The notes under the pieces: model-generated | The model's database searches: none | What the model was told of the DNA's origin: nothing | Seen by the model: the letters and a program-made list of their open reading frames with translations, nothing else | Translations under genes and position numbers: made by a program | Source: a virus | Lineage: Duplodnaviria > Caudoviricetes | Direction: 5' to 3' (one strand) | IMG/VR virus record: IMGVR_UViG_3300032225_000350 | Span: 1-32,159 of that record | DNA: 32,159 nucleotides | Part shown: piece by piece, positions 25,377 through 32,159 of the stretch | Numbering within the stretch: the first letter of the stretch is position 1 | Layout: every line of letters begins with the position of its first letter

Positions 25377-25940
25377 TTATTTTTTTAGTTGTTGTGCAAA
25401 TTTTTTGATGTTTTCGAATTGTTGGTCTTTTTTAGACAATTTAGTTTGGTCTACATTCATTGGTGCTTCACTCGGTAAATTAGCAACTCTTTCTACCAAA
25501 TCAACAGTCTTTGAAAACGCTTCACTTTGGTTTTCAAGTTGTGAAACTACTCTATTCAATGCTTCGGTTAAAGTTGAAATTTTGCATTCTAAACTTGCAA
25601 CTACTTTGTCAAATTTTTCAACGGTTGCAAATTCCTTTGCCATTTCGGTTGCAGGTTGCATACCAGGTGTTTCAATTTCAGCTGGTTCTACAATCTCGGT
25701 TACTATACCGTTAACAGTAGTAACTAATGCACCGCCTTCAACTTCGTGTGTTGCATCAGGTGCTGGAATATCTCCATCGGCAGTTTCTACTAAAATAGCA
25801 GTACCAACTGAAAGTGTACCATCCCATTTGATTACTGTGCCATCGGTCAAAACGGCAGTTTCCATTTTAACTGGTTCGTTATTGAAATTGAATTTAGACA
25901 TCAACTCTCTAACTTCTTTGATTAAATCTTTTGTATTCAT
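25377..25940 (-). CDS. Putative scaffolding protein
   Basis: Acidic, with a coiled-coil C-terminus, between the protease and capsid genes. Confidence 0.65.
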   Translation of the reverse strand: MNTKDLIKEVRELMSKFNFNNEPVKMETAVLTDGTVIKWDGTLSVGTAILVETADGDIPAPDATHEVEGGALVTTVNGIVTEIVEPAEIETPGMQPATEMAKEFATVEKFDKVVASLECKISTLTEALNRVVSQLENQSEAFSKTVDLVERVANLPSEAPMNVDQTKLSKKDQQFENIKKFAQQLKK

Positions 25941-25947
25941 TTTTATA

Positions 25948-25975
25948 TAAATTAGTTTTATGTGTTTTTTGTTGC
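25948..25975 (-). promoter_or_regulatory. Putative late promoter GCAACAAA-N12-CTAATTTA
   Basis: Conserved four-copy motif. Confidence 0.8.
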
Positions 25976-27031
25976 ATTTTTTATATGCCTTTGTAAAATC
26001 TCTTTCAATTGTGAAAGAAATTGTATCTCTGCATTGACCGGGAAATTGAAAAATCCCTCAACACTAAAGCCATTCCACGTTCCATCTTTGCATTTTACCC
26101 ATACTGTATCTGCTTCTACCAAATAACTCACAAACCAAGAACCGTCTTTTGCATCTTCAAATCCTTTAGGTGGCATAATTCCACGTTCAAAGTCTAACAA
26201 ATAGCTTTCAAATAATGTGCATCCCTCAATTGGTTGTTTATGATCTGTGTTAACAGCGTTGTATTTGTTGTTTAAAGCCCACTTTTTAGCAATTTTAAAA
26301 ATAGTTTCTTTGTCAAAGACTACATAGTACTCACCTTTTTCTTCATCACGTCTGTAAATAGGCAAATCAGCATACATAGCAGCACCGGTAATGATGCGTT
26401 TTTCTTCGTTTTGAATGGCAAACTTTGTTTTTGGTTTCTTAATTTGCTTAATGTAGTTGGGTAAATCTTTTACAATGATGTCAAATTTTGCACCTACACT
26501 TCCAATTGCATCTATTACGTCTTGATTATTGTCGTAATGTTTGGTAATTCCAAGTTCTTTTATTTTCTCAACTTTTGCAGCATTTGAACCAGTTGCATAT
26601 ACACGACTTTCAGCAATTCCTAAATCATTTGCAACGCTTAACATCCCCTCTACGTTATGACGTGCGGAAATAATGTAAACAGTACTACCATTTTCTATTT
26701 CTTGTTTTGCAAGTTCTTTGCCGTGTGAAGTTGATAAGGTATCATCATAATCAAAACTTACTTTGTCACCTTGAGCAAAGTTTTTGTTATCCCACATTGA
26801 ATTGCAAATTGCAACTGCTTGTTCACTATCCTTACCTTCGTCAATTACGTACTTTATGCACTTGGGTAAAAACTCATCTTTTGTTTCACCTTGTGTTGGT
26901 TGTAAAAATTCTATTTTGTTAAATGCTAAAAAGTTCTTTTGTATTGCTGGATTTTCAACAAGTGAAATAAAGTCGATTCCACTTTCAAAGTCAAATTCGT
27001 CTATTGATAATTTGTAAATAGGTAAATCCAT
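25958..27031 (-). CDS. Prohead serine protease (XkdF/S78_2-like) with an inserted HAD-like domain
   Basis: ISLVENPAI N-terminus; EKRIITG, NTDH, GSW and GFSVEG motifs; internal SFDYDDTL. Confidence 0.8.
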   Translation of the reverse strand: MDLPIYKLSIDEFDFESGIDFISLVENPAIQKNFLAFNKIEFLQPTQGETKDEFLPKCIKYVIDEGKDSEQAVAICNSMWDNKNFAQGDKVSFDYDDTLSTSHGKELAKQEIENGSTVYIISARHNVEGMLSVANDLGIAESRVYATGSNAAKVEKIKELGITKHYDNNQDVIDAIGSVGAKFDIIVKDLPNYIKQIKKPKTKFAIQNEEKRIITGAAMYADLPIYRRDEEKGEYYVVFDKETIFKIAKKWALNNKYNAVNTDHKQPIEGCTLFESYLLDFERGIMPPKGFEDAKDGSWFVSYLVEADTVWVKCKDGTWNGFSVEGFFNFPVNAEIQFLSQLKEILQRHIKNATKNT

Positions 27032-27037
27032 ATTCTA

Positions 27038-27065
27038 TAAATTAGTATTATTGTTAATTTGTTGC
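27038..27065 (-). promoter_or_regulatory. Putative late promoter GCAACAAA-N12-CTAATTTA
   Basis: Conserved four-copy motif. Confidence 0.8.
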
Positions 27066-27066
27066 A

Positions 27067-29031
27067 TTATTCTACTACACTTATTGCTTGGTTATTGCTT
27101 ACCCTACGTTGTGTACGTGTTATATCTCCTTCTGTAACGTACACTTTACGATTTTGTGTAAGTGATTCGTTTGTATTTAAAGTTGACATACGTGGTGCAA
27201 ATGATTGCATTGTGCCTTGACCACTTGCTTGTGATGGCATAGAACCAGTTGCATTTTTACTTTGATAAGTTGTATCACTTATTTTCTTTACTGCGACTAA
27301 ACCAGCAGCAAGTGCTAAACCAGCATTTATTAAATTTTGACCTGGAAATAATTGTTTTTCATTAGCAAGTGCAGCAGTTACACCTTCCCAAGTGTTGACA
27401 ATTGCTTGTGCTATACTTATTGCTTTGTTAACTTCAAATGCTTTCTTTTGGTCTTCTTCATTTGTACTCGCAAAGGCACTATAAATTTCACCTATTGCAG
27501 CAAGTGAATCATTCACTGCTTTATATTTTGCAGTTTGAATTTCTTTTTCTTTGTCTGCTTTTGCTTTTTGCTCTGCTAAATCAGTATCACGAATTTGACG
27601 TTTTTTGTCAAGTATTTGGGTTTCAATTGCAGTTGTATCTTCTTTAAATTTTTCTTTTACTTTTAGTTGCTCTTCTAAACTTTTTGCTTCTAAATCTGCA
27701 ATTTCTTTATTTGTTTGAGACTGGTCAGTTAAATCTTTGTCACGAAGTTTAATAAAGTTTATTTTGTCTTGATATTGCTTTTGTGTTGCTGCCAATTCTG
27801 CTGCAATAAATTTATCACGATTTGCTTTTGTTTCAGCATCTGCTTTTTCTTGATCTGCTTTTTGTTTATCAGTAAATCCTTTTGTTGCTTTTTCAATTTC
27901 AGCATTCCGTAGTTTTAAGATTTGTGCTTCCGTGTAACTTTGTTCACGCAATCCTTTTACCTTTGTATCAAATGAAGCGTTTGCTGCTGCTTCTACTTGT
28001 TCTAATGTGTTTTGCTCTAATGCTAATAATGTTGCCCTACGTTCTAATGCGTTTGCACTTTGTTTGTCGTTATCTGCTTTGCGTTTGTCTGCTGCATCTT
28101 TTTTGGCTTTGTCGTCTTTGTCTGCTTGTTCTTTGATATAATTTGATTCCTCAACTCCTAAAATTGCAAGCGAATTTTTAGTATCGTCAATTATTTTCCC
28201 CCACTCTTTTTCATTGTTCTTGCCTAAATTAGCACGGGCTTGATTTAACTCATTGGTTAATTTTTGTCTTTCTTTTGCATAAGCACCTAATTTATTACCT
28301 TGTGCTTCTAATAATTTTGCTTCACGGTCTAACTGCTCATTGCTTCTTGTAGTTGTTTTATTTAATTTGTCTAATGCCCTATCTTGTGCACTTGTTACAC
28401 CAATCCAATCTGTAAACCCTTGAACTAAATTACCAATGAATTTTGCAAATGTTGCAAGCCCGGGTATTGTGTCTAATACTGCCTTTTTTACTTTGTCAAA
28501 GTTGGCAATAACATAACCAAGTGCGGCAACCAATAAACCAATTCCAAGTGCCGACATTGCCCCTTTTAAACTGCTAAAAGATTTGACTACATTGCCTTTT
28601 ACTTCACTTGCAAGTGTTTTAAATTGTTGTTGTACCTTGCCAAGTCCTTCAAGTCCATCGGCAAGAGCCATTGCACCTTGTACTTTTACAAGTGTTTTTG
28701 TTAAATCCTCACTTTCACTACCAAACAAAGCCATCGCACCTTGCCCAGCTTGGAATCCACGTGAAATTCCTTGCACAACTGTTTGAACTTTTGCAAATTT
28801 ATCAGGATTTAACGCTTTGATTCTGTCGTTAAAGTCATCCATTTTATCAGATAACTCTGCGACTTTCTTTTGCGCTGCTAATGCTTCATCCGAAAACTCA
28901 CCAAATGTGATAACCATTTGTTGTGCTTCAAGTTTTGCTTCACGTAATTGTGTTTTAAAGTTCTTAACTACTGTATCTGCATCACCTTTTGGTAATACTT
29001 CTACTTCTATTGCTGCGGTTGATTTTGCCAT
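27067..29031 (-). CDS. Tape measure protein
   Basis: Long Ala/Lys/Glu-rich helical protein with hydrophobic Gly/Ala segments. Confidence 0.85.
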   Translation of the reverse strand: MAKSTAAIEVEVLPKGDADTVVKNFKTQLREAKLEAQQMVITFGEFSDEALAAQKKVAELSDKMDDFNDRIKALNPDKFAKVQTVVQGISRGFQAGQGAMALFGSESEDLTKTLVKVQGAMALADGLEGLGKVQQQFKTLASEVKGNVVKSFSSLKGAMSALGIGLLVAALGYVIANFDKVKKAVLDTIPGLATFAKFIGNLVQGFTDWIGVTSAQDRALDKLNKTTTRSNEQLDREAKLLEAQGNKLGAYAKERQKLTNELNQARANLGKNNEKEWGKIIDDTKNSLAILGVEESNYIKEQADKDDKAKKDAADKRKADNDKQSANALERRATLLALEQNTLEQVEAAANASFDTKVKGLREQSYTEAQILKLRNAEIEKATKGFTDKQKADQEKADAETKANRDKFIAAELAATQKQYQDKINFIKLRDKDLTDQSQTNKEIADLEAKSLEEQLKVKEKFKEDTTAIETQILDKKRQIRDTDLAEQKAKADKEKEIQTAKYKAVNDSLAAIGEIYSAFASTNEEDQKKAFEVNKAISIAQAIVNTWEGVTAALANEKQLFPGQNLINAGLALAAGLVAVKKISDTTYQSKNATGSMPSQASGQGTMQSFAPRMSTLNTNESLTQNRKVYVTEGDITRTQRRVSNNQAISVVE

Positions 29032-31743
29032 TTATGGTACGATTACGTAATATTTTGTTTCAGTTGAAATAAATTGATGTGAATCTTTATCATTTGTAAT
29101 TGTGTGACTTGTTGACGTGTCTATTAAAATAGAACCATCACCAGCCGTGACAGTTATTGTATGTGGATTGCCTAACTTTTTAACCACAAATATTTTGCCT
29201 TGATTAGTTGACGGGTTAGGTAAAACTATTGATATATTGCCAGTCATTGTTGCTGCAATTAAATAGTCATCATAAACACACGTGTATGGGCTATTTGATG
29301 CGTTAATTTCAATTACATTACCACCACAACTATATGCACCTCGTTGTGGAAAATTGTCCATATAGACTTTGTTGCTTTCAACTGCTGTAAAATCATTGCA
29401 ATTAATTGCAGTTACATATTCAAAACCACTTGGAATGTTTATTCGTTCACCGATTAAAGTTGAATATCTTGCACCACTTACATTATCATTACCAATTACA
29501 ACTGTGTCTAAACTATCTAAATGAGAATTTCCTATATTTATTCCCCCACTACCTACCGCCGTAAACCCCAACGGAATCCCTTTGGGAAATTTGTCACTCA
29601 ATACATCTACGCTACCAATACCGACATTCTTTTTGGTTGCCGTTGTTGGTTGATAATAAGTCACTAATAAAAACTCACATAAAAATACCCCATCTTGCAA
29701 TGGGTTGTAATCGCTTATTTTGTTTAGTCGCCAATATTGACCTTCAAAAAAGTACAAATCTTTGAATTGCAAACTATACCAGTCATAAGGTGTAATTCTA
29801 AAATATGCACGTAGAATCTTGCTATTCTTATCGGTGATTTCACGAATTGTTTTATACCAATATATATTTACAAGGTTTTGATTTGAGTAACTTAACCCCT
29901 TTCCACTAATCACGTTCAATGGCATACCAAAATTCAAGTCGAATTGCATATTGTCTACATCGTCAATATGTAGCGTTAATGGGTATTTTGTGAAGTTTGG
30001 TATTTTTGTTGGAATAGTTTCAAATACTTCATATCCACTTGTAGTTTTTACACCACCAAAATAAAGACATCTTAACTGTCCTTTGTCGTTATTGCTATTG
30101 AAGATATATGAATAATAGCGTTTAGTATCGTCTGCCTGAAATAATACAGTAGGTGCAAACGTAACTTCTATTTTCTTTTCCTCTTTTACAAAGTCGTTAT
30201 CAATACGTATTACCCTATCCCCATAAATTCTTGCAGTACTTTGTTTATAGTCTTTGTTGTACTGATCGTTTCCTTCTTTAAAAGTAAACGTGTAAGGGTT
30301 TGCTTCTAGATTACCCATTGGCACTATTGTCACATTCTGAGAGTAATCAAGTTTCTTTGTCCAATCTTTTGTTAATCCGTTGTAAAAGTCATCACGTGGA
30401 ACAAATCGTAAAAGTTTAGGGTTTAGAATGTCTTGTTCAATATACAAATTAAACATCTTAACAAAGTTTGCTAACAAATCTTTTTGCAAATCTTCACCCG
30501 CAAAGAATAAACCAAAGTCAATTGTGTTATTATAAGCATAGGTTGAAGCATCTGTTTGATTAAAAAAATATGTATTTGAATTTATTGTATAAGTGACATT
30601 ACTTGCAATGGGTTGCCCGTTTATTCCTGATGCTATTATTTTGATTTCATCACCTATGTTACAATTGACAGTAGTATAAGCACCCAAATTAAAAGTCCAA
30701 TTTATATTTGATATATCGGAATTTATTACAATAGTAGAAACTTCAATATTATTTTTTGTAATAATAAAATACGCACCCAAAATAGTTACATATGGCAATC
30801 CAACTGGAATACTTACAGTAGCGTTTAAATTTAAACAAAAATCAAATTGACCTGATTTTGGTGCAATATATTTATAACTTGTAGTATTATAATTACTGCC
30901 ATTGTCAAAATTACCACCAGTAGAATCATTGTTAAATGGTAATATTTGTTTAAATGTAGGGTTAGTAATAGGCACACTCAATTGTGCTTGGAATAAACGA
31001 TTAATTAATGCACTTTCATTTGCCTCAAAACCAAAGTTATTGTATGGAACTACTAATCTTTTAAACCTTTCAGTATTAAAAAATGAATCACTTGTATACT
31101 GATAACCCGTTTTTGCAAATATTTTGTCAATTATTGTCTTGGCATAAAGACTCGGCACGTGGTCATCTACTCTCCACTGACTTGTATTATTGTTTTGAGT
31201 GCCATACTTTGATAATATTTGTGCATAAACATATCCTTCACCATACGCAAATGCTTGTGAATTGCCATTTTTTATAATTGACGTATCCCAACTATTAGTG
31301 ACATTGGCTAAATTCAAAACGTGGTTGTACTCATCAAACGACAATTCGCTTAATTTTGCATTTCCAAGCGTTGTAAACAAGTCCGCAGTCTGTCCATGTA
31401 GTGAACATTCATATTCAATAGTATCCTTGTCTAAAACGTTTATTTGAATTAGTCGTATAAATCCACGTAATTGCTCAAATCCATCAACTAAAACTAAAAC
31501 ATCAGCTTTTTTGTTAGGGTTAAAGTTAGAGCTGAATTGTCCATTGCCTAAAACTGTATGCTCAACTTCAAATATATTACCGAATAAAACATTGTTTGCT
31601 TTTGTACCTGGTAACACAACTGTTTTACTCCAATCACTTGTACGTTGTTCGGGGTTTTTAATGTCTGCAATTGACCGAGTAATTAATAAGTCGAAATCAT
31701 CCGACAAATCCATAAGGACTGTATTAACAAATAAGTTTATCAT
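29032..31743 (-). CDS. Large tail tip/hub protein with a C-terminal fibre-like domain
   Basis: 903 aa; IADIKNP...SKTVVLPGTKANN N-terminus and beta-rich C-terminus. Confidence 0.7.
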   Translation of the reverse strand: MINLFVNTVLMDLSDDFDLLITRSIADIKNPEQRTSDWSKTVVLPGTKANNVLFGNIFEVEHTVLGNGQFSSNFNPNKKADVLVLVDGFEQLRGFIRLIQINVLDKDTIEYECSLHGQTADLFTTLGNAKLSELSFDEYNHVLNLANVTNSWDTSIIKNGNSQAFAYGEGYVYAQILSKYGTQNNNTSQWRVDDHVPSLYAKTIIDKIFAKTGYQYTSDSFFNTERFKRLVVPYNNFGFEANESALINRLFQAQLSVPITNPTFKQILPFNNDSTGGNFDNGSNYNTTSYKYIAPKSGQFDFCLNLNATVSIPVGLPYVTILGAYFIITKNNIEVSTIVINSDISNINWTFNLGAYTTVNCNIGDEIKIIASGINGQPIASNVTYTINSNTYFFNQTDASTYAYNNTIDFGLFFAGEDLQKDLLANFVKMFNLYIEQDILNPKLLRFVPRDDFYNGLTKDWTKKLDYSQNVTIVPMGNLEANPYTFTFKEGNDQYNKDYKQSTARIYGDRVIRIDNDFVKEEKKIEVTFAPTVLFQADDTKRYYSYIFNSNNDKGQLRCLYFGGVKTTSGYEVFETIPTKIPNFTKYPLTLHIDDVDNMQFDLNFGMPLNVISGKGLSYSNQNLVNIYWYKTIREITDKNSKILRAYFRITPYDWYSLQFKDLYFFEGQYWRLNKISDYNPLQDGVFLCEFLLVTYYQPTTATKKNVGIGSVDVLSDKFPKGIPLGFTAVGSGGINIGNSHLDSLDTVVIGNDNVSGARYSTLIGERINIPSGFEYVTAINCNDFTAVESNKVYMDNFPQRGAYSCGGNVIEINASNSPYTCVYDDYLIAATMTGNISIVLPNPSTNQGKIFVVKKLGNPHTITVTAGDGSILIDTSTSHTITNDKDSHQFISTETKYYVIVP

Positions 31744-32159
31744 AAGCGTTGTACCTTATCAGTAAATGAAAGTTCTACATCAATAGTTAAATTAAATACT
31801 TTGTCGTTTATAGTCTTTTTAGTTTCGTAGTCCGAATTAATCACGTTCACACTTTTTAAAATTCCCCCATCCATAAGCCAAACATAGGGTGACATCACAA
31901 GTTCTTTTAACCAGGCACTTTCTTCTTCGGTTATCCAATTTGAATTGAGTGTTATAATTTGATTTGCTTGTGTATCGTAGTTGCTTTTTGACTTTGCGTC
32001 TGTTCCATAGGTGTACGAACTACCCGACAAAGTGTAAGGTGTTTGTTTGTACTGTTTCCGAACCACAGCAAATTTGTCTCTTCGCACCCGATCAAAACGA
32101 AATGATTCGACTGCCCCGTATCTGTTAAGAAAATAAATATCGTTTGTATCATATTTTGA
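31740..32159 (-). CDS. 3' part of the junction-spanning tail protein that starts at 843
   Basis: Same frame; ends ITLNSNWITEEESAWLKELVMSPYVW...QRL. Confidence 0.8.
   Translation of the reverse strand, partial: SKYDTNDIYFLNRYGAVESFRFDRVRRDKFAVVRKQYKQTPYTLSGSSYTYGTDAKSKSNYDTQANQIITLNSNWITEEESAWLKELVMSPYVWLMDGGILKSVNVINSDYETKKTINDKVFNLTIDVELSFTDKVQRL
32037..32159. repeat. Terminal direct repeat, copy 2
   Basis: Identical to 1-123. Confidence 0.97.

Noticed and set aside
1264-31765. All plus-strand ORFs in the track (e.g. 25366..25950, 8561..8905)
   Set aside because: They are antisense shadows of well-supported minus-strand genes, with no recognisable motifs.
1-32159. Diversity-generating retroelement, tRNAs, integrase or stop-codon recoding
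   Set aside because: No reverse transcriptase, template/variable repeat pair, cloverleaf or recombinase motif was seen, and ORFs are intact and densely packed under the standard code.

Overview
This is a complete, circularly permuted 32,036-bp AT-rich tailed-phage genome; bases 1-123 repeat exactly at 32037-32159. It is siphovirus-like, and its TAnnTTTG promoters and A-rich start contexts point to a Bacteroidetes host. Every credible gene is on the minus strand. Early genes include a Cro-like HTH, ERF and YqaJ recombination proteins, a replication initiator with internal iterons, DnaB, a DNA methyltransferase, a DnaA-domain-IV protein and an ECF-like sigma factor. Packaging genes are TerS, a glycosyltransferase and TerL, followed by a rearranged structural and lysis module. 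I found no integrase, tRNA, reverse transcriptase or CRISPR. The most notable observations are: (1) two U-rich RNAs upstream of terminators that are antisense to translation starts, one with its own promoter and one with a perfect 14-nt match to the erf start; (2) a ~95-nt leader RNA ahead of the replication genes with two exactly complementary 7-nt loops; (3) a foreign toxin-antitoxin-like fragment replacing the catalytic centre of the HNH gene; (4) a four-copy late promoter and a sigma gene that appears to start leaderless at ATC; (5) a -1 frameshifting tail chaperone and repeat-flanked small-gene cassettes. All product calls come from motifs and gene context read by eye, not from database searches.
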